The position numbers and the translations under genes are program-made. 64,000 nt of DNA from an uncultured Nitrospiraceae bacterium (lineage in GTDB: Bacteria; Nitrospirota; Thermodesulfovibrionia; Thermodesulfovibrionales; Dissulfurispiraceae): contig CAVSHF010000005.1 of NCBI GenBank assembly GCA_963727805.1, positions 384,001-448,000 on the forward strand, written 5' to 3'. The notes beneath the pieces were generated by a model that saw only the letters and a program-made list of their open reading frames with translations, was not told the DNA's origin and made no database searches. Shown piece after piece: positions 30,337 through 40,492 of this stretch (position 1 is the stretch's first letter; every line of letters starts with the position of its first letter).

Positions 30337-31956
30337 TCATCTCTTGTCATTTTTAGGGGTCTTCATCTTTGTCTTGTCGAAATTGAACTGGAGCATGGCA
30401 TATCCATAATCGATATCCTTGCCGCTACCCGATGCATTTCGGAAAAATTCTCCGGTGAAGAACCGGTCATAGGCCAGAATGACCGAGAAATCATCGTTTA
30501 TCGTATAGGTCACGTTATAGTCGGTCTCCAGCCCCAGTCTCCGGCTAAACCCATTCTCCACACCATTGGTCATGAAATAGTGGGCGGTCGCAGTAAAATT
30601 TAATTTCTTAGTGATGTCAATTCCCCATCCCAAAGTGTAAATCCGCAGTCCGCTGGCGTGGTGTCCGGCTACGTTGACTCCTGAAAGATCCCCGATTACA
30701 TGCATATCTCCCACGAGTGAACTATTGTTGTCGGGATTGCGGAATTCTTTATCGAATTTAGTGCCGTTTGCCGCATCTTTATTGCCGCTGCCGTAGCCGT
30801 AACTTAAAAAGAACTTGTTATGATATCCATGCAGAGTTGCTTCGACAGCCGCATCAATATGCCCACCGTATGCATTTATACTATCGTTTGCACCGGTAAT
30901 GGGGTCGAGTATCCGCCCAGACTCATAGACCGGCTCAAATTCCAGAGCAAGAGGACCTAGCTTTGTAGTGCCGCGAAACCCCCATATATCCAGGTATTCC
31001 CCGATATGATGGTTAGCCGACCCGGTGTCCCTGAACATGTAGGCCTCCGCGGAATTCCCGTCTGAAAAAGCATAGGTCGCATGCCCCCCCGAAAGGTTTC
31101 CTCGAAGCCCGTCAGAGAAGGGAGTTGCGTATCTGCCACCCAACAGATCAATAGTCAAAGAATCAATGGGCTTAACCCTCAGTCTTGCAGCATCAAAAGA
31201 TAACCCGTTAAAGAATGAATTTGTCCCAAGGATGAAGGTGCTTCCGTAGAGGAATTCCTGCCGGCCTCCCTTCAGGGCCAACCAATTCTGCTCCGGGATT
31301 TTCCCTTCCACAAATCCCTGGTATAGGGAATACTTGCCTGTGTGCTCAGCACCGCCGACAAAACCGTAACCTCGCCCCTCAAGATGGATGTCGAGATAAT
31401 CAGTGGGATGCCAATAAGCATAAGGTTTGACTCGATAGAGGAAACGACCTTCGCTATGATCGGGTGCGAAGCTTATATCCCTCAGCTTAAAGTTGTTCAC
31501 TCCTTCAGCACGGAGAAAACCGTTGACACCGACTTTGTATTCGAACGCCACTTCAGGTTTAGCCAGGATTCTTTCTATTGTGTCTCGTCTGAGCACATAC
31601 TCCTCATATGTAGCCAATTCCGGTTTTAACGCCTCGTGGAGGGCTGCAATTCAGTCCAGGTCCTCACGGGGAATCGCTTCTCCACCCTCTTTCTGCTGTT
31701 TTTCCACAATTTTATCAAATATAGAAATGAGGCATTGACACAGTTCGCTTTTCGGGCAGCTCTCCCCTTCAGGGAGTTTCTTTCCCGCCGAGTATTTTTC
31801 CCCAAGCTCCTTTACTTCCTTATAGGTCCAATGCTCGCAGGGCACCTGTTCCGGAATTAGCGCAGTGCCGTTATCTTTTGCATCATCAGCTCCGGCAAGT
31901 GTCGTCGCTGACATGCTCAACAAAATAAAGAGTAACAGAAGTATCTTATTAAACAT
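30337..31956 (-). pseudogene. Alginate-export-family (AlgE-like) outer membrane protein with one in-frame TGA at 31651-31653
   Basis: ...GAC CTG GAC TGA ATT GCA GCC... links the signal-peptide ORF in frame to the 426-aa barrel ORF (LYQGFVE, GGRQEFLYG, FDAARL). Confidence 0.72.
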
Positions 31957-32114
31957 TCTCCATGAATCGATAGCTCCCAACCGATGTTCCTTATTGAAAT
32001 ATTCTAAAAGGATTTCCATCAATTGCACCTCCGCTTTTATCAATTATTCTTTTTGTGTTCTAATGGTCCCTGCGCCTCAACTTCTTCTCTTTGAAGAAAG
32101 TGAGAGGCGATTGT

Positions 32115-32459
32115 CTACGTATTGTTCTTTTCCTTTCTGACCAGGAGTTTAGAAATTGTATAAATCACTGCTGCAGCGATGGTGACGCCTATAAGGCCCG
32201 AAATCACATAGGAATACAGCTGAGTGCTCAGAGCAGCACCCTCTCCACCAAAATTGTAATCAGCTATTGGAGCTTTCCATAGATCGGCCATCTTTTTCAT
32301 TCCCTCGGGAACATAACCCAGCATCTTTTCTATGGCCTCTGTTCCCCACTCACCCCATGCTTCTTCAGTATTAAATAGTTTGGGAAGGTACACACCGAGC
32401 GGCGAAAGGAATGCCATTACCAGAAGTCCAATCCATAGCTTTTTTTGAGATTTTGTCAT
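32115..32459 (-). CDS. PDGLE-like / NikN-type Ni-Co ECF auxiliary component
   Basis: LSPLG...AWGEWG...APIADY with TM ends; directly follows cbiM. Confidence 0.75.
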   Translation of the reverse strand: MTKSQKKLWIGLLVMAFLSPLGVYLPKLFNTEEAWGEWGTEAIEKMLGYVPEGMKKMADLWKAPIADYNFGGEGAALSTQLYSYVISGLIGVTIAAAVIYTISKLLVRKEKNNT

Positions 32460-32460
32460 A

Positions 32461-33141
32461 TCAGACCTCCTTGACTGTAGAGACTAACTCAGATTCATTC
32501 TTCATGAAATACTTGAGTAGCATCGCAGTGACCAGACCTTCCATAATACCGAATATGGCGATATGCTCTATCGCCATGGCAGGAACCGCAATTGATAAGG
32601 GGTAAGGAGCGTACAGGGGAACACCATCCGGTCCTGCAGCTATAAGTGGCTGAATACCGAATTCAAATCCGGCAAGGATGGCGGCAACCGAGAGTCCTAT
32701 ATGGCCTGCAAAGAACGCGGCCAGATAGAATCTCACCCCAGCTTTTGCTTTGCCTTTGATCAGTTTGAATATCCAGTAAGAGACAAAAGGCATCACCACT
32801 GCCATGTTGAAACAGTTAGCACCGATGGCGGTAATACCCCCATCCCCAAAGATGATCGCCTGGATGATCAGCACCACCGATACAGCAAGCACGGCGGCCC
32901 ATGGTCCGAGCACGATGGCGATGATCCCAGCTCCGACCGCATGACCAGTAGTGCCTCCCGGAACTGGGATGTTAAACATCATGATCAGAAAAGAGAAGGC
33001 GGCAGCCATGGCCAGATAAGGAATGTGCTTATGCGAAAGCTCTTTCTTGATTTTCTTGAGGGCAACTGTCCAGAAAGCAATCGACACCCCATACAACGGG
33101 ATATAGGTTTGAGGGCTTAAATATCCATCGGGTATATGCAT
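32461..33141 (-). CDS. cbiM: Co/Ni ECF transporter substrate-binding component CbiM/NikM
   Basis: N-terminal MHIPDGYL, PGGTTGH, QAIIFGDGGITAIGAN. Confidence 0.9.
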   Translation of the reverse strand: MHIPDGYLSPQTYIPLYGVSIAFWTVALKKIKKELSHKHIPYLAMAAAFSFLIMMFNIPVPGGTTGHAVGAGIIAIVLGPWAAVLAVSVVLIIQAIIFGDGGITAIGANCFNMAVVMPFVSYWIFKLIKGKAKAGVRFYLAAFFAGHIGLSVAAILAGFEFGIQPLIAAGPDGVPLYAPYPLSIAVPAMAIEHIAIFGIMEGLVTAMLLKYFMKNESELVSTVKEV

Positions 33142-33152
33142 TTTATCCTCCT

Positions 33153-33365
33153 CTAAAATCTGAATATAAGGCCTGCAAGGCCTGTATTGTTCACTTCGGG
33201 TTTTGTCAGTCCACGTTCATATCCGGCATCTACGTCGATATTTTCAGTGATTGAATAAATAAGCATGACCAGCCACCTCTCAACCGCGATAGCGGTTGAG
33301 GCAAAGCTCAGACAGATCAGTAACCCGACAACACCGTAATCAACCAGTATTTTCAACCATTCCAT
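33153..33365 (-). pseudogene. Chimeric deletion scar: ExbB/MotA-like 5' end fused to a beta-barrel 3' end
   Basis: MEWLKILVDYGVVGLLICLSFASTAIAVERWL joined to IYSITENIDVDAGYERGLTKPE...LAGLIFRF. Confidence 0.55.
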
Positions 33366-33367
33366 AT

Positions 33368-34072
33368 TTATGCCTTTCCGTAATTCCACCAGTACATACT
33401 TACAAGGGCATTGTCTTTCATCCACAGATGATCTTCCTCATATATAAGCCGATCACTCAAGCCGAGCTCCTCTTGGCACAACAGTGGACGTCCTTTTTTG
33501 TAATTATTGTATTCTACTGCTTCACCAAACGAATGGTATGCAAAGGAGCTTTCGATTTCGTATGATTTAGCAAATATAAGATCGTAGCTGTCATGCGGCC
33601 ACTTCACTTCGATTTCGGGACATTGCTCGGTTATCACAAATACATTTTTGGGTTTCGCTTTAAAGACCTGCTCCAATGAATGATTGAAGCCTTGTCCTGT
33701 CAGGTGAAGACTGTTGCAAGCCATTATCAAATCATAATTCGCAAGATGGTGCAGCGGTGCGTCTTCCAATTTCATTTCGCTGACGCTAATCCAGTCAATC
33801 CCTCTGTTGAAAGCTTCTTCGTAGAGAAGGCTTCTCATTCCAATGGAAGGTTCCATAGCGGTAACATCGCACCCAATGGCACATAGAGGAAGAGACAAAA
33901 TACCGCTGCCAGCTCCTATATCCAACACTCTCCATCCGGGCGATACCATTGTGGTCAGGGCATGGATAATCCTGTCGTGATAGTCGTTGTGTTCCATCCA
34001 GAGCTTGTACCAGGGAGCATAACCGTCCCAGAAAGAAACGCATGCAGCTTTTTTGCAGATTGTCTTTGCCAT
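33368..34072 (-). CDS. Class I SAM-dependent methyltransferase (copy 2)
   Basis: Close paralog of 1229-1927; VLDIGAGSG. Confidence 0.88.
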   Translation of the reverse strand: MAKTICKKAACVSFWDGYAPWYKLWMEHNDYHDRIIHALTTMVSPGWRVLDIGAGSGILSLPLCAIGCDVTAMEPSIGMRSLLYEEAFNRGIDWISVSEMKLEDAPLHHLANYDLIMACNSLHLTGQGFNHSLEQVFKAKPKNVFVITEQCPEIEVKWPHDSYDLIFAKSYEIESSFAYHSFGEAVEYNNYKKGRPLLCQEELGLSDRLIYEEDHLWMKDNALVSMYWWNYGKA

Positions 34073-34089
34073 GCATCCTCCTGTCGGAA

Positions 34090-34279
34090 TATATCTCCTT
34101 CTTGGAGGATCAAGCCTTCAAGGCTCGATGGTTCGATAAGGAAGGTCAATAAAAAAGCCATGAATGACGCACCTTCGTGGCGCATGCCTTCACGGCTTAA
34201 TTCACAATGCAATAAATAAAACTAACCACGGACTTCTTATCCGTGATTCATACTATCTCAAAGCATAATATCTTGTCAA
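34090..34279 (-). promoter_or_regulatory. Second copy of the promoter + NNGAA-hairpin attenuator leader
   Basis: TTGACA-N18-TAGTAT; same five hairpins and terminator as 1945-2137. Confidence 0.7.
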
Positions 34280-34660
34280 CGGTCAGCGGATAATATTGCT
34301 TTTTTGCCTACAGACTTAGCTACCAGAAAATCTCGAGCACTCGGCGAAAAAAAACAGCCAGAAAGAATCGCCCACAGCATTCGTTACTTAGCGGGTGTGA
34401 GTGCCGCCCCCTGTACATTTCAAGTTGAAACCGCGATAGTTCAAGGCAAGTTGTCTAGTGTTGACTCCTGTGAGTAGGACTAAACCGCTGCGCGGTGGAT
34501 TCGATTAGCAAGGGCCTATCAGTAGTAGTACCATCTTTTTCGAATAGCCACTTTTGCCTGATCACATTTCTTTGTTGAACCATCGAAGTCTTTTTACAAT
34601 CTCTCTTTGCTGTGCTGCCGGCATGAGCTGGCAGAAAACAGTTTCAAAGGAGATTGTATT

Positions 34661-35506
34661 ATGAGCGCGTTGAAAGAACGGTTGCTGCAGGATCTTCAGT
34701 TGAAGGGCATTACGCTTGGTGTCCAAAGGAAATATCTCCGGGAAGTCGGTAACCTTGAGAATTATTTCGGCAAGTCTCCTGAAGAACTGAGTACAGAGGA
34801 AGTGAAGCAGTATCTGGTTCATCTTATGGAAGAAAGGGGTTTAACGAGGGGGACATACAGAACCTATGTGGCCGGGATCAAGTTCCTTTATAATACGACC
34901 CTGAATCGTGCGGATGTAGTCAATAATATTCAATATCCGAAAGCCCAGAAGAAGCTGCCTCTCGTTTTGGATTTGTCCGAAGTCCAGGCGATTTTCTCAG
35001 TCACTGAAAACATCAAGCACAAGGCGCTTCTGATGATCACCTATTCTGCCGGGTTGAGAATAAGTGAAGCTGCGCGACTGAAGGTGACAGATATCGACAG
35101 CAAGAGTATGCTGGTTTATGTCCGTCTTGGAAAAGGGGCAAAGGACCGTTACTCCATCTTATCGCAGACTGCCCTTGAGTGCTTAAGACAGTATTGGAGG
35201 GAATATCGCCCGGAGGAGTGGTTATTTGAAGGCGAGAAGGACAACACCCATATCACTATAAGCTCCATCTACCAGATATTCCAAAAATCCAAGAAACGCG
35301 CCGGCATCGCAAAGAATGCTTGCGTGCATACTCTGAGGCATAGTTTTGCGACACACCTTATCGAGGCGGGGACTAGTCTTCATCATGTCCAACTGCTTCT
35401 TGGGCACAGGTCACCGACGACCACGACCGTTTATCTTCATGTCAGCAAGATGAATCTGGCAAAAGTTGTCAGTCCGCTGGACATAGCAACTAAAAAATAT
35501 CTGTAG
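34661..35506 (+). CDS. Tyrosine recombinase/integrase
   Basis: Protein identical to 11626-12471. Confidence 0.92.
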   Translation: MSALKERLLQDLQLKGITLGVQRKYLREVGNLENYFGKSPEELSTEEVKQYLVHLMEERGLTRGTYRTYVAGIKFLYNTTLNRADVVNNIQYPKAQKKLPLVLDLSEVQAIFSVTENIKHKALLMITYSAGLRISEAARLKVTDIDSKSMLVYVRLGKGAKDRYSILSQTALECLRQYWREYRPEEWLFEGEKDNTHITISSIYQIFQKSKKRAGIAKNACVHTLRHSFATHLIEAGTSLHHVQLLLGHRSPTTTTVYLHVSKMNLAKVVSPLDIATKKYL

Positions 35507-35527
35507 CACTCTGAGCCGTAAATCCAG

Positions 35528-36724
35528 ATGCGCCAGTCTCGTGGTGTGGAGGTGGCGGATATCTTACGCCGCTACGGCTCCGATTATCGGCAGTCTCATT
35601 CCTTGCCTCTTCGTCATCTGCGGGCCATGCACGCCGTGGAGATATGCAGGACGGCAGCACTCGGAGGCCATAGGGACAAGTGCGAGGATTGCGGCCACGT
35701 CGAGATATCCTACAACTCCTGCCGGAACAGGCACTGTCCCAAATGCCAGACCCTGAAAAAAGAACAGTGGATTGAGGCCAGACAACAGGACCTTTTGCCC
35801 ATCCAGTACTTCCATGTAGTTTTCACTATCCCGTCGGAACTCAATCCGGTTGTCATAATGAATCAGAAGGTCATGTATGATCTGCTGTTCCGTTGTGTCT
35901 CCGAAACTCTCACCGAACTCTCAAATGACCAGAAGCATCTCGGTGCCCGCATCGGCTTCATCAGCATCCTTCATACCTGGGGGCAGAATCTGATGGACCA
36001 TCCCCATATCCACTGTGTCGTCACCGGAGGCGGCCTGTCTTGCGACGGAGACAGTTGGGTATCCTGCCGCAAAGGCTTCTTCATTCCGGTCAGGGTAATG
36101 TCGGCGTTGTTCCGGGGAAAGTTCCTCGATCATCTGAAAAGGATCTTTGAAGCGGGTGATCTTATCTTTCCCGGAGGAATAAGTCATCTCGGCGATTCCC
36201 ATACCTTCGAGATGCTCAGAAGAAAGCTTTATCACAAGAAGTGGGTTGTCTACTGCAAACCGCCCTTCGACGGAGTTGGCGGCGTCCTGCAATATCTCGG
36301 CCGATATACGCACAGGATCGCCATCAGCAACAATCGTATAATCGAGGCCGAAAACGGCAAGGTCTCGTTCAAATGGCGTGATTACGCAGATGACGATAAG
36401 CACAAGGTGATGACTCTGCAGGCCGATGAGTTCATCAGAAGATTCCTTCTGCATGTACTGCCGAATCGATACGTTCGGATAAGGCACTTCGGCCTGCTGG
36501 CAAACAGGAAACGTAGAGATAACATTGCTGCATGCCGCGAGCTTCTTGACAGTCACAACACCGTAATGAAAGAGCAGGACAAGCCTGAGACCTGGCAGGA
36601 ACAGCTGCTAAGGATCTGCGGCATTGACGTCACCACCTGCCCCGTTTGCAAAAAAGGCAAGATGCGCCGAATTGAGATTCTGCCTCCCCGCCGCTGCAAC
36701 GATCCTCCGGAGCAATGCCGATGA
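35528..36724 (+). CDS. IS91-family Y2/HUH transposase
   Basis: Protein identical to 10408-11604. Confidence 0.92.
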   Translation: MRQSRGVEVADILRRYGSDYRQSHSLPLRHLRAMHAVEICRTAALGGHRDKCEDCGHVEISYNSCRNRHCPKCQTLKKEQWIEARQQDLLPIQYFHVVFTIPSELNPVVIMNQKVMYDLLFRCVSETLTELSNDQKHLGARIGFISILHTWGQNLMDHPHIHCVVTGGGLSCDGDSWVSCRKGFFIPVRVMSALFRGKFLDHLKRIFEAGDLIFPGGISHLGDSHTFEMLRRKLYHKKWVVYCKPPFDGVGGVLQYLGRYTHRIAISNNRIIEAENGKVSFKWRDYADDDKHKVMTLQADEFIRRFLLHVLPNRYVRIRHFGLLANRKRRDNIAACRELLDSHNTVMKEQDKPETWQEQLLRICGIDVTTCPVCKKGKMRRIEILPPRRCNDPPEQCR

Positions 36725-37364
36725 AAACCGTGGTCGTTTCAAAAATCGCCTCAATATCGCCCCGCGAAAAAAACATCTCTTTTCGCAACACGGTCTTGTT
36801 GTCCGAAAACGCCACTTTCGGCCCTTGCACATCATCGCAAAGGTCAAACAGGGGCATTAAAGACGCTGCCTATCAGCCTTGTTCAGCAAGACTTGCTCCT
36901 ATATATCCTAAAAGATGCCACTGCCGATAGTATAAGGAAGGATAATCTTCGATTGAATTGACATATCCGCACAGCGGCTTAGTCCTTCACACGTCAATCC
37001 GCAACTTCGCAGCGGATTGACGCTTATTCGCACCTAATGTTAACAAGCCCACTGGTTCCTTTAGAAACTTGTACTGGGAATCATCAACCGGAAGAAGTCG
37101 CCCGGACTAAATATTTCTTGGTGTTATTGAGAATTGATCACTGATCAATTCCGTTTGAAACAAAGCATCTTCACCGTGTCAGCGGGTGTCTGTCAGCGGC
37201 CGCTATGATTTCATTGCAACATATTTTACTACCGAAAGCCTTTGCAGAGTGCCCCGCGGCTTGCCGCGTGGGATGAATGCATGCCTTGCCTAGAGGGTTA
37301 TAAGGGAGACAGGGAGTCTCCCTTATCCGCTAAGGCCCTTGCGTAGTGTGGTATAACATATGGT

Positions 37365-37793
37365 ATGGCACTCAAAAGGGCGAGTCATGTGGTCTACGAC
37401 ACGACATACCACCTGGTATGGTGTCCGAAACGACGCAAGACAATATTTCAGGATGCTGAACTTAGGCAACGAGCGGAACAGCTCTTTCGTGAAATCAGCG
37501 ACGAGTATGAATTTGAGATACAGGAGATGGAAGTCGGAGTAGACCACGTTCATATACTGATGTCGTTTCATCCGAAGTATTCAATTGGGCAAGTTGTTAG
37601 GGCACTGAAAAGTATAAGCGCAAGGGAGCTGTTTCGTGAGTTCCCTCGAATCAAGCAACGATTGTGGAGCGGGCAGTTGTGGGAGGATAGATATTTCGCC
37701 CGAACTGTCGGAGACCGTATGACTCGGCAAATTGTCGAAAAGTATATAAGGCATCATCGTCAAGATGAGCAAGGGCCTGCGCAGCTCTTTTGA
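37365..37793 (+). CDS. tnpA: IS200/IS605 Y1 transposase
   Basis: YHLVWCPKRR, DHVH (HUH), LKSISAR, LWEDRYFARTVG, KYI. Confidence 0.92.
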   Translation: MALKRASHVVYDTTYHLVWCPKRRKTIFQDAELRQRAEQLFREISDEYEFEIQEMEVGVDHVHILMSFHPKYSIGQVVRALKSISARELFREFPRIKQRLWSGQLWEDRYFARTVGDRMTRQIVEKYIRHHRQDEQGPAQLF

Positions 37794-37820
37794 GCTGCGC
37801 TCAAGATGCCCCGCGGCTTG

Positions 37821-39503
37821 CAGGCTGTCCGACAATTATCGAAATTAGAGACAAATGACGGATGCCTCGCCATCCTGAAAACATAACGGGGCTATCTGCT
37901 TTATACATAGTATCTCCAGCAAAAGCTTCCTTGGCGTATGGCAGTAGTTGCCCTCTTTCGGAGGCTTTCCTCTTCCCTTCAGGCATTCCCATATCTTTTT
38001 CAGATTTACTGCCGTACAGGCAAGGTTAAATTCCGACCTTACCGAATTAATTCCTCTCGTCAGAAATGTTCGCAATCCTTTGTTCTCCTTGATATCGCCG
38101 ATCACAGGTTCAACAATCTGTTGTCTAAGCTTATATATATATCTTGCTGCAGGCGTTTTCATTTTTTCAGTCATCGCATTGCAGTGAACTTCGTGAGGGA
38201 ACACCTTCAGAGAGCGTATGCCGTCCTTCTGTTTGGTACACAGTCGCTGATGCTCACATCCCAAGCATCTCTGACCACGATAGACTCTCACCATCTTGTC
38301 CCTCTGTCTGTCAAAATGTTCGCCCAAGAATGTTAGCGGGTGATCAGCAGGACAAATATACTCATCCCTTTGTTTATTGTATGTAAAGTTCTTCTTGTCG
38401 TATGGGTTGTTTGCCCGCGTCCCACTATTGTCAGGCATGTATGCATCTATCTTCCTGTCCGATAGAAATGCAATGTTCTCACCGCTAAAATATCCAGAAT
38501 CAAAACTCCAAATAATACTATCAGCAATTCCGCCAAGATTCTCTGTGGTTTGTATAACCTGAGGTTGCAACTGGCTGACATCTGCAGCATTCTGCCCCAC
38601 GTCACTAGCCAAAATGAACCCACCCTTATCCACTGTCACCTGAGGATTATAAGAAAGCTCTATCCTGCCTTTCTTATTTTTCATAAAACGACTATCAGGA
38701 TCTGTCGTGCTTACCTGCTTTAGCCCTTCCTCATTAACTTTGTCTTGAGCTCCTTGAAGACCTTCTCTGAGTCGACCTATAAAAACATGCCCTTCTTCTT
38801 TAGCCCTCTTAACATAGTACTGTGCAGCTTTCTGAACAAGTTTTTTGCCCTGCCGGGACAGTTGGTCGCTACCCCGTAGTTCACCGAACTGCCGATCCTC
38901 ACTCTCATCAATCTCTGCCCACTCCTGAAGCTCACCATCGACAAAGCTTCTCAGAACCGCCAACTCCTCTTTTGTTAATACTCGCCTGTTTGATGCATTT
39001 GCCTTCACTTTGGTTCCATCTGTCGACAGATGCGACAAATCCAACAATCCTTCCTCTTTGGCAAAACTAACTGTGTGCTTGAAGACTTCCTTTAGTAGAT
39101 CAGGGTTGTTCTTTCTGAAATCGCTGATAGTCCTGAAGTCAGGAGTCAGCTTCTCCGCCAAATATATATACACCACGTTCTCTCTGGCATTGCGTGCCAG
39201 TCGACGAGATGAGCGCACCCTGTCCAGAACTCCCATGATCAGCAACTTCACCAGCATTTTTGGATGATATGCCGGATGTCCGGCACCTGAATAGCGGATA
39301 TCGAAGCAACCATAATCCAGGGAGTCAACCAATCCTTCAATGAGAAAACAAATATGATCTTCGGGTATCATATCTTCTAAACTCGGCGGCAGTAGCCAGG
39401 ATTGCCCTCCATACGACTCAATGTATGCCATCGGGTGTACTCCTTGATATCGTTCTTAAATATATTCTACCACCGGATAACTTGATAATTGTCGGACAGC
39501 CTG
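37821..39503 (-). mobile_element. IS1182-family element
   Basis: 20-bp terminal inverted repeats CAGGCTGTCCGACAATTATC. 4-bp TSD CTTG at 37817-37820 and 39504-39507. Confidence 0.92.
37845..39431 (-). CDS. IS1182-family DDE transposase
   Basis: YHPKML, PDFRTISDFRK, DGTKVKANAS, TTDPDSRFM, DSGY, VEPV. Confidence 0.93.
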   Translation of the reverse strand: MAYIESYGGQSWLLPPSLEDMIPEDHICFLIEGLVDSLDYGCFDIRYSGAGHPAYHPKMLVKLLIMGVLDRVRSSRRLARNARENVVYIYLAEKLTPDFRTISDFRKNNPDLLKEVFKHTVSFAKEEGLLDLSHLSTDGTKVKANASNRRVLTKEELAVLRSFVDGELQEWAEIDESEDRQFGELRGSDQLSRQGKKLVQKAAQYYVKRAKEEGHVFIGRLREGLQGAQDKVNEEGLKQVSTTDPDSRFMKNKKGRIELSYNPQVTVDKGGFILASDVGQNAADVSQLQPQVIQTTENLGGIADSIIWSFDSGYFSGENIAFLSDRKIDAYMPDNSGTRANNPYDKKNFTYNKQRDEYICPADHPLTFLGEHFDRQRDKMVRVYRGQRCLGCEHQRLCTKQKDGIRSLKVFPHEVHCNAMTEKMKTPAARYIYKLRQQIVEPVIGDIKENKGLRTFLTRGINSVRSEFNLACTAVNLKKIWECLKGRGKPPKEGNYCHTPRKLLLEILCIKQIAPLCFQDGEASVICL

Positions 39504-39524
39504 CTTGCCGCGTGGGAGTGTCAC

Positions 39525-39917
39525 TACGGTATAAGAAACATTAGAAGATTCTGGGGCCAAGCAACCCTTACAACTTATTTTTCCTTTTGACACCGTTTTG
39601 TGGGTTCTGACCATTGTGCTTATTATTTTACTGAAATCAAAACCACCTGCGAGACATTCCGAACATAAGCAGCTTACATTGAATACAGCATAACTGCTAG
39701 GGAAAAAGTTAATGGTTCTCGATAAAGGCTCTAGAACCCCTGTTTGACTGTAGACCATACTGATGGAGATTTCCTTAACCTTGGGGAAAAGTTCAGACAA
39801 AAGGCCGGCATCAATTCTCTGCTGTTTCTTTTCCGCCTTTGCCGCCGCGCTTTTCACCCTGCGATTCAATATGTCTCCAACTAAGAAGGCTCCCTCGACT
39901 AGGAGGGAGCCCTTCAC
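39525..39917 (-). pseudogene. Hypothetical Cys-containing protein whose last codons were displaced by IS200 (original tail at 37203-37232)
   Basis: CLCSECLAGGFDF motif. Removing the IS restores in-frame VSYTVVVKYVAMKS-stop. Confidence 0.65.
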
Positions 39918-39923
39918 GGTTAA

Positions 39924-40124
39924 TTACACCTTAACAACATTGATCGCTTTCGGTCCTTTAGGCCCCTTTTCAGTATCGAATGTTACTTTGTTCCCTTCTG
40001 TAAGGCTCTTAAAACCCTCTCCTTGGATAGACGTATGATGGACAAAATAATCGATCCCGTCTTCACCAGTTATAAAACCAAATCCCTTGCTATCATTGAA
40101 CCACTTCACAGTACCATTGTTCAT
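39924..40124 (-). CDS. Cold-shock protein (CspA family)
   Basis: [15 protein letters not shown] (RNP1), YFVHHTSI (RNP2). Confidence 0.95.
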   Translation of the reverse strand: MNNGTVKWFNDSKGFGFITGEDGIDYFVHHTSIQGEGFKSLTEGNKVTFDTEKGPKGPKAINVVKV

Positions 40125-40142
40125 CGGTTTCCTCTTAAAGTA

Positions 40143-40412
40143 TTACAGGGACGCTTTGAGATTTTTGCCGGCAGTAAATTTGACGGTCTTGCTAGCCTTA
40201 ATCTTAATCTCCTGTCCGGTCTTTGGGTTTCTGCCTTTTCTGGCTTTCCTTTTTGCCAAGGAGAAAGTCCCGAAGCCCACAAGTGTAAGCTTGTTATCCT
40301 TCTTTGCGGTTTTGGCGACTGCCTCGCCAAAAGACTTAATGGCTGCCTCTGCCTGAGCCTTAGAAATCCCGGCGTCCTTTGATAACTTCTCTACAAGTTC
40401 TGCTTTGTTCAT
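40143..40412 (-). CDS. hup: HU family DNA-binding protein
   Basis: MNKAELV...GFGTF...RKGRNPKTG...VKFTAGKNLK. Confidence 0.95.
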   Translation of the reverse strand: MNKAELVEKLSKDAGISKAQAEAAIKSFGEAVAKTAKKDNKLTLVGFGTFSLAKRKARKGRNPKTGQEIKIKASKTVKFTAGKNLKASL

Positions 40413-40440
40413 GTTGTTCTCCTATAAAGGTAGATGGTTG

Positions 40441-40492
40441 ATGACAAAGAGTATACCATGAAAGATTTGTTCAGTGGTAGCAGGATTGGGTT
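40441..40492. repeat. 52-bp repeat covering the probable HU promoter
   Basis: Matches 26960-27011; contains TATACT on the minus strand. Confidence 0.85.

Larger units (their letters stand above)
34473..37030 (+). mobile_element. Tyrosine recombinase + IS91-family transposase element, copy 2
   Basis: Same 2558-bp length, ends and translated ORFs as copies 1 and 3. Confidence 0.92.
37233..39524 (+). mobile_element. IS200-type element (tnpA only), interrupted by IS1182
   Basis: Follows target CTAC. Subterminal hairpin CCCCGCGGCTTGCCGCGTGGG at both ends (the right one split). Ends in TCAC. Confidence 0.85.
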
